Shown piece by piece: positions 28,891 through 38,288 of a DNA stretch of 64,000 bases; the first letter of the stretch is position 1, and each line of letters opens with the position of its first letter. The stretch is from a virus. Its lineage: Duplodnaviria > Caudoviricetes. The translations under genes and the position numbers were made by a program. Under the pieces are notes generated by a model, which did no database searches, was not told the origin of the DNA, and saw only the letters and a list, made by a program, of their open reading frames with translations. The stretch lies in IMG/VR virus record IMGVR_UViG_3300044641_005618, one strand, 5' to 3'.

Positions 28891-29493
28891 TTAGTCATGG
28901 CCAGGGTCAAGGTCAGAGTCAAGGTCAGAGTCAAGGTCGTCTTCGCTTTCATTCAAGAGCTCGTCTACTATGCGGTCAATATCCTCGTCAGATAGCTCTT
29001 CGTCATAGTCGTCTTCCAGTTCTTCCAGTTCGTCCGACTCATCCAGCTCGGATTCTTCGCTCAAGAGCTCGTCGATTAACCGTTCTACTTCGTCATCGGT
29101 AAGCTCCGGCTCGTCTTCTTCGCCCGTGTCAAAATAAGCGTCATCTTCGTAGTCGTCATCTTCGAGCGAATCCTCAGAAAGCTCTTCACCGTCGCCATCT
29201 GCAAGAAGCTGATCAATAAGCTCCTCAAGCTCTTCGTCGGAGAGCTCTTTCTCGGGTTCTTCAATTCCTGGAACAAGAATTTGATTGGCTTGAAAGTCCT
29301 TGTTTGACCCGTCGTTCGCTTTCCACAAACCAGTGTGCTGAATCCACGGCGAAGTGTTCAGAACTAAGTTGGTTGGAAGGCCCGTGTATTTATCAGTCTC
29401 TTGGTCTTCCGGCTCAAGGATCTGTGCTGCGTAGGCAGCTCTGAACGCTTCAATCGAGTCAGTGTCGAAGTCACCGTTGATTCTGTTAGACAT
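28891..29493 (-). CDS. Highly acidic repeat protein (200 aa)
   Basis: Three copies of EL[ST]D[DE]....[LI][IV]D.LL; GGGTAAA at 29518-29524. Confidence 0.75.
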   Translation of the reverse strand: MSNRINGDFDTDSIEAFRAAYAAQILEPEDQETDKYTGLPTNLVLNTSPWIQHTGLWKANDGSNKDFQANQILVPGIEEPEKELSDEELEELIDQLLADGDGEELSEDSLEDDDYEDDAYFDTGEEDEPELTDDEVERLIDELLSEESELDESDELEELEDDYDEELSDEDIDRIVDELLNESEDDLDSDLDSDLDPGHD

Positions 29494-29534
29494 TGTATGG
29501 TTTGTGGACTGCTAAACTTTACCCTCCGATCACC

Positions 29535-29900
29535 TCAGATCGATTCGTACTTGCCTGAAACATCCTGCAGCATCTTTCCGTTGCCTTGGAGGTTCTCTCG
29601 GTACTTCTTGATCTCGGATTGGACATCGGCGCGGAACTTTCCTTCCTCGATAAGCTTTCTCTTGCGTTCTTCTTGGGTCTCTTCAGACTTTTCAATAAGT
29701 CGTCCATCTGCGGTAACTTCAAGGTCGCTTTGTAGCTTCGATGGGGCAGCAGGATTCGGATTCACCTCAAGAGTTAAACGATCAAGCAACTTGTCGAAGT
29801 GATCTCGAAGTGAGCGGCGGCAGATAGCGTTGGCGGATATGTCCATTGGACCGCACGGTACGCGATACAGCTTCTCAATTTTGTCCTTCGTCTTTAGCAT
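29535..29900 (-). CDS. Hypothetical protein (121 aa)
   Basis: ORF tightly packed with neighbours. Confidence 0.65.
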   Translation of the reverse strand: MLKTKDKIEKLYRVPCGPMDISANAICRRSLRDHFDKLLDRLTLEVNPNPAAPSKLQSDLEVTADGRLIEKSEETQEERKRKLIEEGKFRADVQSEIKKYRENLQGNGKMLQDVSGKYESI

Positions 29901-29902
29901 AG

Positions 29903-30238
29903 TTATGCTCCATTACGGGGCTTTTCCACCCATTCTTTGTCGTAGTCAGCGTAATGCCGGCCCTTTTGCTTTTCCTTGAGTGGCTTTGCCGATGCTTTGT
30001 TCGACTCTCTCATACCAAGGATCAAGGTGTCTCGCATTGCTCGAAGTTGCTCGCGGGGGATTGTGCACAGGTTGCTGTCGCGATACGAACGGAACTTGTG
30101 AGCAACATCTGAAGGGTCGTCACACTGCAAGAAAACGGACCATACCCCGTAGGATTGAGGGTGGCTGAGGGAGCCAGGCGGTAGGCTTTGCTCCAAGGCC
30201 AAGCGGTCGGGGCGAGGGAAGCGAGTGTCTCTCCTCAT
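29903..30238 (-). CDS. Hypothetical protein (111 aa)
   Basis: ORF with upstream GGGTAAA near 30311. Confidence 0.65.
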   Translation of the reverse strand: MRRDTRFPRPDRLALEQSLPPGSLSHPQSYGVWSVFLQCDDPSDVAHKFRSYRDSNLCTIPREQLRAMRDTLILGMRESNKASAKPLKEKQKGRHYADYDKEWVEKPRNGA

Positions 30239-30358
30239 GGTTTTGCCTCAAGGCTGGGCTTTGGCGGGGCACAAATCACGGTGCTGTTGTTATGTCTGGC
30301 TATGGTGAGTTTTACCCCCCCCCTCTCCATTTTAACCTTAGAGGGGCCGAAGCCCCTG

Positions 30359-30943
30359 TCAATCTTCTGTGTCTACTCCGGGAATTTCTCCTCTGAACAT
30401 CATATCGTCGTCTGTTTGCCTTGCCCAGTAACTCTCTTTCAGGTCTGAAACTGAGGGAAGGCCTCTTTTCGGTATGTTAAAGTCTTTTAAGGCTTCTACC
30501 ACTTCTTTAGCAATTCCTTGTCTCTGCGATTTAGTTAATTCACTGGGCCATAACTCATCTTTTCGAATTTCTTTAACAATAGATTCAACGGTTAAATTAA
30601 CCTTGGCTTTAACCATAGACGGGGTTGTAACCTTGCCCCCACTTCTTTGAGCTGTGGCTTTCTTTTCTACCGGTTGTTTGGCTTCTTCAGTACCCTTCTT
30701 ACACTTCCCTCGGGTGCCATAGGCCGAGCCGTCGGCTCGGACACACCGTGTAAAGTCAAAAGAGCCAAGGAGTGTGTTCACAGCTTCTTCAATGAATGGG
30801 TATTTGTTCCCGTAATTTTCAGAGAAGGACAAACCTTCGGATGCTAACGCATCCGCTTCATTGCGGAGTTCTAAAGCTTCGCCTAAGTTACCTTTCAGTG
30901 CTTCTGAGAGGGCTTCGAGGTAACAGTGGTCGAGTTTGTTCAT
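30359..30943 (-). CDS. Hypothetical protein with duplicated leader and DFTRC module
   Basis: MNKLDHCYLEALSEAL... leader identical to 38289..38900, then DFTRCVRADGSAYGTRGKCKKG. Confidence 0.75.
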   Translation of the reverse strand: MNKLDHCYLEALSEALKGNLGEALELRNEADALASEGLSFSENYGNKYPFIEEAVNTLLGSFDFTRCVRADGSAYGTRGKCKKGTEEAKQPVEKKATAQRSGGKVTTPSMVKAKVNLTVESIVKEIRKDELWPSELTKSQRQGIAKEVVEALKDFNIPKRGLPSVSDLKESYWARQTDDDMMFRGEIPGVDTED

Positions 30944-30944
30944 G
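30774..30944. repeat. 171-bp exact repeat, copy 1
   Basis: Identical to 38731..38901 by direct comparison. Confidence 0.95.
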
Positions 30945-31000
30945 GTTGACAATCAGAAAGTTGCGGGAGAGTTTCACCCCCATCTTTTTATTTTACCCTT

Positions 31001-31029
31001 AAGAAAGGGGCCTTTCGGCCCCTTGTCTT
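31001..31029 (-). terminator. Rho-independent terminator after phoH
   Basis: Minus strand AAGGGGCC-GAAA-GGCCCCTT followed by TCTT. Confidence 0.7.
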
Positions 31030-31060
31030 AGTCATGCCACCCCGTCAAGGAAAGTAGTGA

Positions 31061-31783
31061 TCAAGCTTCGTAAGCCTCCAAGATTTCAGCTATAATTCCA
31101 TTTCTTACAATATCCTCTCTTTCAAACTTAACTCTCCCTACGCCCCGAATGGAGGAAAGTCGATGGTAGCAGTCTAAGAGTCCGTTTTCAGGTTTAAACA
31201 CATCGAGGTCAATTTGTCTAGTGTCCCCTGTAATGATAACTTTTGAATCTTTTCCAACCCTACTAATGACGGTTTTGACGTTTTCAGGCATAGAGTTCTG
31301 AGCCTCATCAAAAAGAATCAGACACTCATTTAGCGATCTTCCCCGTAAGTCCTCTAGAAGAGTGGGCTCTACAATTTTCTTATCGACCAAGTAGTCAGCA
31401 GCCCCCCTACTCTTAGTCATTACAACCAAATTGTCGTATACTGGCCCAACAAGAGGTTTCATCTTTTCCTCAAGCGTTCCAGGCAAGGCACCCCTACTTC
31501 TTTGATGAGAGCATCCTACATCACTTCGAATGTAGTAAACTTTCTGTATATTACCTTTTGAAATCTCAGTCAAACCCCACCACAGGGCCACAAGAGTTTT
31601 CCCAACTCCGGACGGTCCAATAGCTATGGTAACTGTATTTTTATTCAAAGAAGTCCAAAGATCTTCTTGGCGGTCAGACTTTGAGTAGAAGGGTATGACA
31701 TCCATACCCCGGCCATAGGAACGTTCAACCGTTTGAGCTGTTTCAGCGCGACGTGACTTGCGCTTGTCTCGACTTTTCAACAT
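31061..31783 (-). CDS. phoH: PhoH-family ATPase
   Basis: GPSGVGKT, GALPGTLEEK, LRGRSL, ILFDEAQN, GDTRQID, DIVRNG. Confidence 0.95.
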   Translation of the reverse strand: MLKSRDKRKSRRAETAQTVERSYGRGMDVIPFYSKSDRQEDLWTSLNKNTVTIAIGPSGVGKTLVALWWGLTEISKGNIQKVYYIRSDVGCSHQRSRGALPGTLEEKMKPLVGPVYDNLVVMTKSRGAADYLVDKKIVEPTLLEDLRGRSLNECLILFDEAQNSMPENVKTVISRVGKDSKVIITGDTRQIDLDVFKPENGLLDCYHRLSSIRGVGRVKFEREDIVRNGIIAEILEAYEA

Positions 31784-31963
31784 GGTATAAGAGGACTTGA
31801 CAACAGTGGATAGCTTGTATTCTTCGTTGATAACCAGGACTACATAATCCTCCCCCTTTTTCGAAACGAATGGTAGAGTTTATTGTGAAAGGGAAACCCT
31901 ACGGGCTAGTTTCACCCGTTGGCCCCCCCCCCCCTTTTTTTTGACTAAATGGTGGCGTTTAAG

Positions 31964-32167
31964 TCACTCGTGAATCCTTTCTACGAATAGATCGAAACCG
32001 TCAGCCCCGCCACACCACCGAGAGTAGGAGTCTTCTGGGATCACATACTGGGGTCTTTTCTTAGCTTGGTCAAGGTACCTGTCTGAGGCAGGGTCTGTAA
32101 TGAGACAACGAGTCCCGTGCAACTCCTGCATTATTGCAGTGTTTTTATCAGTTGGTGAAATAGCCAT
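31964..32167 (-). CDS. Hypothetical protein (67 aa)
   Basis: ORF between the second terminase and phoH. Confidence 0.55.
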   Translation of the reverse strand: MAISPTDKNTAIMQELHGTRCLITDPASDRYLDQAKKRPQYVIPEDSYSRWCGGADGFDLFVERIHE

Positions 32168-32229
32168 TTTAACTGTTGAGAAACAACAGCAACTTTTTGT
32201 GCGGTTGCGAATCGCAATCTACACCGGAA

Positions 32230-33651
32230 TTAAACAGCAGGTGGAAGCAGTTCCATGAAACTAACCAAAATAGCATCCATTATATCTGAGTACGATCCAA
32301 TGCACTCCCAACTTTTAAACAACACGTTGTGTATATCTGAGTTGGATGCTACTTTCCCCGACTTTACCATTAGATTGATCGCAAGTGCCTTAGCCACCAC
32401 TCTCTCCTTGCTCACTCGAACAGGTAAACCTAGCTTCTCTAGGTACTGTCTCCAGTGCTTACTCGCCCAGGACGACTCGATAACAACTTCTGTCACGCCG
32501 TATGCTTTGGCAGCCAGAGAAACAATTACGCCAACAGTCTCCAAGTCCCAATTCGCCTGGTACGCGTCGAGAACGTACACACAGTCCTTTTCCTTCGTGG
32601 ATCCAGCCACACAAATCCCAGTCATATCCGCGTTGCCTGGCGAGCAAGAGGGGTCAATAGATATAATAACCTTGTCCAGGTGTGGGATCTCAGAGCAGAC
32701 TCCGAACCCAGTGTTGGACACCCCTTTGTACAACCACGAGAACTTTACATCTCCGATTGTTTTCCGTAAGTCCTGTAGATTCTTCGGGCTAAATGTGGGG
32801 TTTCGGAAGGAAAGAGCGTCATTGATACCCTGCCCAACTTTCCTACCTAGAATATCAACCTTGGCTTCTTCTTCGCTCTCAATGATGGCGGATAAGTTAA
32901 TGTGAACGGCTCCGTTCGGGTTTGAGACTGGGTCAAAGACACCGTACTTTTCCAGAAAGTAGCTGAAAATATCCCCCTCACCTCTTCGAGACCCGAGAAC
33001 AACTGTGGCCCTATTCGCTACTCCCAGGGTTCCAATTTGCTCCACCCATTCACTATTAACACCATTACCCATATACTTATGGTAGTCATCGATCAACCAA
33101 ACTCCGGCCCCTCTGAATCCCCCGTAGGCGAGACCGCACACAGAACTCCCAGGAGCAGACGGCGAAACATGGTGCGGTTCCAACTGAACTTTCGAAAAAA
33201 TCCCTCCAGAGGAAGGAGTACTAATCAGTTCCTTCACCCTACTTGCTGCAAATCTGGATGCACTTTGGTCGTAAGAAGTTACGACATGACTAACAGTAGA
33301 GTCTTTCCTTAAGAGCCAGGACAATAAGTGAACCCCCAGAGTGGTTTTTCCTGATCGTGGTGGCATTGACACGAGGAGAATTGGGTACCTTCCTTCGGCG
33401 ATGTCCTCAAAGGCGGACCCTATCACTTCGTACGCTTTTGTATCGAGCGGTGCGTTTTCGAGTGCGAAACCTCCTGCACCGGACACAAGATCGCAGAAAG
33501 CAAGAAAGCTACTTTTCGCACTTTCCTTAGCGAACGCTTCTTGAGGTAACCCCTCAAGTTTCAGCTCAAGGAGTTTTCGTCGGTAGCTCCTCCAGCTTGA
33601 GTGCTCTGCTAGCTGAGAAGCGTGCGTTATTTTTTGGTGTTTAAGTGACAT
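32230..33651 (-). CDS. Terminase large subunit paralogue (divergent second copy)
   Basis: Walker A MPPRSGKT, Walker B WLIDD, nuclease SIDPS...ADMTGICV...SDIMDA; N-terminus homologous to 33685..35448. Confidence 0.8.
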   Translation of the reverse strand: MSLKHQKITHASQLAEHSSWRSYRRKLLELKLEGLPQEAFAKESAKSSFLAFCDLVSGAGGFALENAPLDTKAYEVIGSAFEDIAEGRYPILLVSMPPRSGKTTLGVHLLSWLLRKDSTVSHVVTSYDQSASRFAASRVKELISTPSSGGIFSKVQLEPHHVSPSAPGSSVCGLAYGGFRGAGVWLIDDYHKYMGNGVNSEWVEQIGTLGVANRATVVLGSRRGEGDIFSYFLEKYGVFDPVSNPNGAVHINLSAIIESEEEAKVDILGRKVGQGINDALSFRNPTFSPKNLQDLRKTIGDVKFSWLYKGVSNTGFGVCSEIPHLDKVIISIDPSCSPGNADMTGICVAGSTKEKDCVYVLDAYQANWDLETVGVIVSLAAKAYGVTEVVIESSWASKHWRQYLEKLGLPVRVSKERVVAKALAINLMVKSGKVASNSDIHNVLFKSWECIGSYSDIMDAILVSFMELLPPAV

Positions 33652-33684
33652 CTTGTGGTTGTGTTTGTGTTGTCTTGGATTGAG

Positions 33685-35448
33685 CTAATTAAAAAGGTCG
33701 TAGCCGGATCCGCTCCGAAGACCTCGGCTGCGGCCACCCCGGAAAATGCCCCTATCAAGTGTCTCGGCAGACTGGGGGTCAGGGTCGTTTAAGCCCGTAC
33801 TGCGGGGGACTCTTCGGCCCCCGACCGATACAATTCGCTCTTCGAAAAGCCCACCGTAGGATTGACCGTCTCTGAACATCGGTCTGCGTAGGTCACCAGC
33901 CCATTTTCGACTCTGAATGATCGAGTCTTGTATACCCCGATCCACAGAGTCAATTTTGAGCGAGTAGTAAGTCAGCGCCCATACCATGGCGTCAGTACTA
34001 TCGTCGTGGCGAACATACGGGAAAGAAGTTAGTTCCTTTACGAACGCGTCAGTCCATAGTCCTCGAACCAGTATAACGCGATGGTTTTCGAGTAAAGGGC
34101 AGACTGCCTGAAGACGTGTCGTCTTTGACTTCAGCGGCCTCATTTCCTCGATAGGTATCTTAGCCTCTCGCTTCAGCATTTGAATGAGAGAGTGCCCCGA
34201 TGCGGCTTTCTCAATGCATAATACCTTTGCGTTGTATAAGGCGTAATGTTGCTTTACCGAGTCAATCAAGTCAGGAAAGCCCCACTTACCCTTAACAATC
34301 TCACGAATGTAAACAGTATCTGGATTACGAGTGTTTATGCCCGCGACGCAGATTGCACTTTCATCTGCTTTCTCTCGCTCGGAGAAAGCGCAGTCAACTC
34401 CAAACCATACAACGTCCAGGGGAGGGCAGTCTTCCTCCTCAATTACCTTGACCCAGCTATTCTTTACAATCTGTCCCTCAGCCGATACAGGAACCCCTTG
34501 GTAAAGTGCTGCGAACTTAAAGCTACCCATTATCTTTTTCTGGGACTCAAGCATCGGAACAGAGAAAGCGGGGTTGTCGGGCCAGTGGCTTTCTCCCATC
34601 TCTCTTCCCAGCGGATCATTATCAGGGTCTTCACAGAGCCCTGCTATGTTTATCCACCTCCATCCAAAAGGATTATCTTCCGGGTCGTATAAACCATCTC
34701 CATCCATCAAGACCCCGTGAAGGTCTTTTTCATGAAAACGGGTTGCTATAATAACTTGAGCGTAGTGGTTTGTTCTTCGTGTGGACATTTGCTCTGCCCA
34801 CCAACTTTCTAAATTGTCCAGCGCTGCTTTAGAGTCAGAAGATTTCAATGGGTCGTCAATTAGTGCTGCACCAATACCCGTGGATTCCATGTCTATGGTT
34901 CCAGACGTGAACCCAGTGAGAATACCTCCAACGGATGTCGCAAGTACATAACCACCACCCACTAAATCATATTTCGAGTCACGGTTAAATCCTGAAAACT
35001 CAGGAAAGACCTTCCTAAACGAGGGAGTCTTCATCATTACGACAGCTTCTCTGTGAAACTTTTGAGATAAAGAAGCCCCGTAGGAAGCCAAGATGTGTTG
35101 GGTTCTTTCGTCTTTTCCGAGCAACCACGCCAGGAACATTGTGGAAAGCATAGACTTTCCTGAACGCGGGGGGCACGAAATAATAAGCCGATTGTATCGA
35201 CGTTCGTAAAGATCCTCAAAGGCACTTGCAATGATCTCGTGAAAGGGGGAAACGTTTAAGTCCCCATTTTTCATGATGTCACAAAAGGCCAGGAAACAAT
35301 CTCGGGCAGCCTTAAACCTGAACTCCTGAATTACAGATCGAGGTGCTTCAAGAAGTTCAAGCTCTCGAATACCCTTCGTATATTTTCTCCACCGGGATTT
35401 TTCCTCTAGCTGAGAAGCGTGTGTTATAGACGGGGGGCGAAAGTTCAT
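33685..35448 (-). CDS. terL: Terminase large subunit
   Basis: CPPRSGKS, ALIDDP, IATRFH, GVDCAF...DESAIC, HDDSTDA. Confidence 0.93.
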   Translation of the reverse strand: MNFRPPSITHASQLEEKSRWRKYTKGIRELELLEAPRSVIQEFRFKAARDCFLAFCDIMKNGDLNVSPFHEIIASAFEDLYERRYNRLIISCPPRSGKSMLSTMFLAWLLGKDERTQHILASYGASLSQKFHREAVVMMKTPSFRKVFPEFSGFNRDSKYDLVGGGYVLATSVGGILTGFTSGTIDMESTGIGAALIDDPLKSSDSKAALDNLESWWAEQMSTRRTNHYAQVIIATRFHEKDLHGVLMDGDGLYDPEDNPFGWRWINIAGLCEDPDNDPLGREMGESHWPDNPAFSVPMLESQKKIMGSFKFAALYQGVPVSAEGQIVKNSWVKVIEEEDCPPLDVVWFGVDCAFSEREKADESAICVAGINTRNPDTVYIREIVKGKWGFPDLIDSVKQHYALYNAKVLCIEKAASGHSLIQMLKREAKIPIEEMRPLKSKTTRLQAVCPLLENHRVILVRGLWTDAFVKELTSFPYVRHDDSTDAMVWALTYYSLKIDSVDRGIQDSIIQSRKWAGDLRRPMFRDGQSYGGLFEERIVSVGGRRVPRSTGLNDPDPQSAETLDRGIFRGGRSRGLRSGSGYDLFN

Positions 35449-35477
35449 ATTACACTGTTATACGTTTTACGGGTCTC

Positions 35478-35753
35478 TCACTCAATACTTTTTAGCAACT
35501 TCGTAAGTGTCCCGTTATATTCTTTCGCCAGGATCTGCTCCTGTTTGCTCTCCGAATCGGTCAGACTCACAATATCCGACACAATCTCGCGGTGTGCTTT
35601 CACAGCCGAGTTGAACACGGTCACAAGATCCCGAGTACTACACTCCTCCAAGTGGTCTTGAAGCAGCTCAAGAGCGTCTTCAGCAACCTGCAATGCTGCT
35701 GCGGCAAGGGTCTCTTTCTGCCTCAGAATTTTGTCGTTCGAATTTGTTATCAT
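35478..35753 (-). CDS. Probable terminase small subunit
   Basis: Helical 91-aa ORF directly upstream of terL; start ATG 35753 overlaps the upstream stop. Call rests on position. Confidence 0.5.
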   Translation of the reverse strand: MITNSNDKILRQKETLAAAALQVAEDALELLQDHLEECSTRDLVTVFNSAVKAHREIVSDIVSLTDSESKQEQILAKEYNGTLTKLLKSIE

Positions 35754-35902
35754 AGTGTTTTTCTGCATCGTGAGCACCCTGTATTTGAAGTTGGGTAACT
35801 CTTGAAGTTTTGCAATTGTTTAAGGATCGCCTGTGCCAAGGCTGTATTGTTGGACTTAACGGCAACGTCATACTGTGCCCAGAGCTGTGCGGGAGTTGCC
35901 AT
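35750..35902 (-). CDS. Small hypothetical protein (50 aa)
   Basis: MATPAQLWAQYDVAVKSNN...GCSRCRKTL; fills the gap between two genes exactly. Confidence 0.6.
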   Translation of the reverse strand: MATPAQLWAQYDVAVKSNNTALAQAILKQLQNFKSYPTSNTGCSRCRKTL

Positions 35903-35904
35903 AC

Positions 35905-37128
35905 TTAACAGAGACTCGGAGGATTTGGTCCGCCTTCGCAAGGAATACAGCCGAGCTTCCACAAGGAATTAATCGACGCAAGCTCGAAGGAATCTTGTAT
36001 CAACCAACCTTTACCCTGCGGAGACTGGGCTACAAAGTAGAACCGTCCCTGCGGTGTTTGAATAAACGTGTCTGGCTTCACACCGACGAGTGCTCCGCCC
36101 ATCAAAGTTTGCAACTTGCCATTCGGGTCCAGAGGATCCGAGTACAAGGTTTGATTCGCCCCCCTTACAACTGCGAACTCCCCGAAAGTGAGTCCCGAAG
36201 ACCAAGACGCATCTTTCACACTTAGAGGGTCTATCCCCCCCTTAGTCGCACCGGAAACCGTGTTCCTCCAAAGATCCACAGCGTAACGAGCAAGCTTTTT
36301 CCCGGAGTTAACGTAGAAAACTTCCTTTATGGGCTGCTTTGTTGTGGCGTTCCAAATTGTTACAACCAAGCGACCGTCCGCCGTGAAATTCTTATTACTT
36401 AGCAAGTAGATCGGCTGATTTAAAGGATCTTCGAGGAATACTTCACTCGGGCTGCGAACATAGACCCAATCTCCTGACTGCGTAAGTTCTTCGCTCCACT
36501 GCACTCCGAGTGCGTCTGTGAACGCAGCCTCCAGGGGATTCGTTTCAGGGTACCACGGCACATACACACTCCCCGTTGCTTCATCGAGGACACCAGCCAA
36601 AGGCAAAGAAGTTAGGACATTTAGAGTGGGAAAAATTTGGCGGCAATCACCACGTTGAACACAGGGGTCGAGTGCGATATACGGCAGGGTTTCCTCGATA
36701 GTTACGGACCAGTTTTGAGTGTAGGTGTACTGGGACTCCGGGCTTAAGCCTGTGAACTGGGACGTAGAGCATCGAAAAGGTTCCAAAACTTGCACGTAAG
36801 CACCCGAAGGGGCACTCCCCGACAGTGTGATTTTTGCGCCCATGAGGAGTTGCGTGGCAAAGTCGTGTCCGGAACTCGTCAGGTAGTTTTGGCACGAAAA
36901 GTTAAGCTCGAAATTGAGAGTGTCTTCGTATATGAAAGGCACTCGGTTTTTAACATTGCTTGTTGAGCTTTCGTAGCGCACAACAATGTTGTTCGTCTGA
37001 GTTACAACGCCCTCATTCTCAACCGCGTCAGCCAAACGCAATACATTAACCCCAATTGGTATGAGGGGGGAGGCAATAAGAGAGTCGCAGAGGAATTGCT
37101 CTATTTTAGTTATTGTATTCAGTTCCAT
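35905..37128 (-). CDS. Tail completion / terminator-like protein (Mu gp37-like N-terminus) with C-terminal extension
   Basis: N-terminal ~150 aa (IVVRYESS...LNFEL...LLMGAKITLSG...YTQ.W) fits the tail-terminator pattern; adjacent to a gp36-like gene. Confidence 0.55.
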   Translation of the reverse strand: MELNTITKIEQFLCDSLIASPLIPIGVNVLRLADAVENEGVVTQTNNIVVRYESSTSNVKNRVPFIYEDTLNFELNFSCQNYLTSSGHDFATQLLMGAKITLSGSAPSGAYVQVLEPFRCSTSQFTGLSPESQYTYTQNWSVTIEETLPYIALDPCVQRGDCRQIFPTLNVLTSLPLAGVLDEATGSVYVPWYPETNPLEAAFTDALGVQWSEELTQSGDWVYVRSPSEVFLEDPLNQPIYLLSNKNFTADGRLVVTIWNATTKQPIKEVFYVNSGKKLARYAVDLWRNTVSGATKGGIDPLSVKDASWSSGLTFGEFAVVRGANQTLYSDPLDPNGKLQTLMGGALVGVKPDTFIQTPQGRFYFVAQSPQGKGWLIQDSFELASINSLWKLGCIPCEGGPNPPSLC

Positions 37129-37140
37129 TTAGGTTAGGAC

Positions 37141-38220
37141 TTAAGGGTAGATCGTATCAGAGCCGTTAACGCGATAGCCGCCTGCGTCGTTCGGCTCTGT
37201 AATTTGTGGAGTCCCACCTAAGTCTTCGTAGTTTCGTGCTGAGATCCAGTTAGTTTCAGAGTTGTTTTGCCCCGTTGCCCCGAAACCAGCACGAAAGTCC
37301 GGAGCCTGGTCTCCCGCCATGTCCGTGTTCCATCCGCCGAAACCTTTACCTGAAACTCCGTTGTACCGTTGGGGGACGCGCCAAGAACGCATGATCCCAG
37401 CTTTCGTATCTATAGCTGAGTCACCGTGGCCCGCACGAACCGAAGTCATTTCTCGTTCAGCGTCGAGTTGTTTTAGTGCTTCGGTGTAATCCTTGAAAAC
37501 ATCTTCTCTTCGCCGGACATTATCTAGGTAGTATCGGGCTATAATCAGTGCCGTTCGGCGGCGGTTGCTCGTAATTAGGACCTTTCCCGCTTTCCCTGAC
37601 TGCTCAATGTATGAGTCTATGAGAGCGTTTGCATCCTCGATTGCCATTCGCATCTTGGCAACATTCACCGAGTTTGCACTCGCGTCGTCAATGTTTGTAA
37701 GTTGTACGGCTTCCTTGAGTCCGTAAGCGATAATGAAATCGTCGGGAGACGCGCTACGCGGGTCGGACCTGTTTGGCGTTAAAACACCTGAGCGATCTTG
37801 ATGCGGATAGCCGTAACCGCCAATAGTCTGCCCAAGGTTGGAACCCTTGCGAGAGCTTTCCGTTTGTTCGCTCGGTGTGAGCGTGTTTCGGACCGAAACT
37901 CGGTAAAAGCCTCGTACTGCGTTTCTTTTCTTTACAACATCACTAGCTGTGGAGGGGACTAGCCCCCTCATGCAGGACGCTAAGGCGACGGGGGGCTCAT
38001 AGGAAACAAATACCTCGTCCCACGCAGACAAGCAGCTGTCTAGCCCAAGGGATACCATTGTGTCCGAGGAGTACACAAGTGTCTCGACACCGTACTGGCC
38101 GTAGTTCACAGTGAAGGAACTTATGGGGACACTGACCCGAGTGTCAAGTGGGCTATCGAAGTACAGAACAACTGTACTCGGCGCTGAAAGTATGGCCTCC
38201 TTTATCTGCGGTACTGACAT
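37141..38220 (-). CDS. Head-tail connector (Mu gp36/DUF1320-like) fused to a SwmB-like Ig domain
   Basis: DFIIAYGLKEAVQLT...AIEDANALIDSYI...IARYYL...DYTEALKQL; N-terminal VVLYFDSPL...SFTV...VFVSYEPP. Confidence 0.75.
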   Translation of the reverse strand: MSVPQIKEAILSAPSTVVLYFDSPLDTRVSVPISSFTVNYGQYGVETLVYSSDTMVSLGLDSCLSAWDEVFVSYEPPVALASCMRGLVPSTASDVVKKRNAVRGFYRVSVRNTLTPSEQTESSRKGSNLGQTIGGYGYPHQDRSGVLTPNRSDPRSASPDDFIIAYGLKEAVQLTNIDDASANSVNVAKMRMAIEDANALIDSYIEQSGKAGKVLITSNRRRTALIIARYYLDNVRRREDVFKDYTEALKQLDAEREMTSVRAGHGDSAIDTKAGIMRSWRVPQRYNGVSGKGFGGWNTDMAGDQAPDFRAGFGATGQNNSETNWISARNYEDLGGTPQITEPNDAGGYRVNGSDTIYP

Positions 38221-38288
38221 TCGGCTCTTTCCTTGTACAAGGTTTTACCCTGCTGCCCAAGGAAAGTCGGAGCCCCACGAAAGCTACC

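Noticed and set aside
30342-30357. UUCG hairpin after the 30359 gene as a terminator
   Set aside because: Good stem but no U tract; may only be a stability hairpin.
32230-35448. Terminase split into ATPase and nuclease halves by an intron or frameshift
   Set aside because: Each ORF has both ATPase and nuclease motifs, and no intron core was seen between them.
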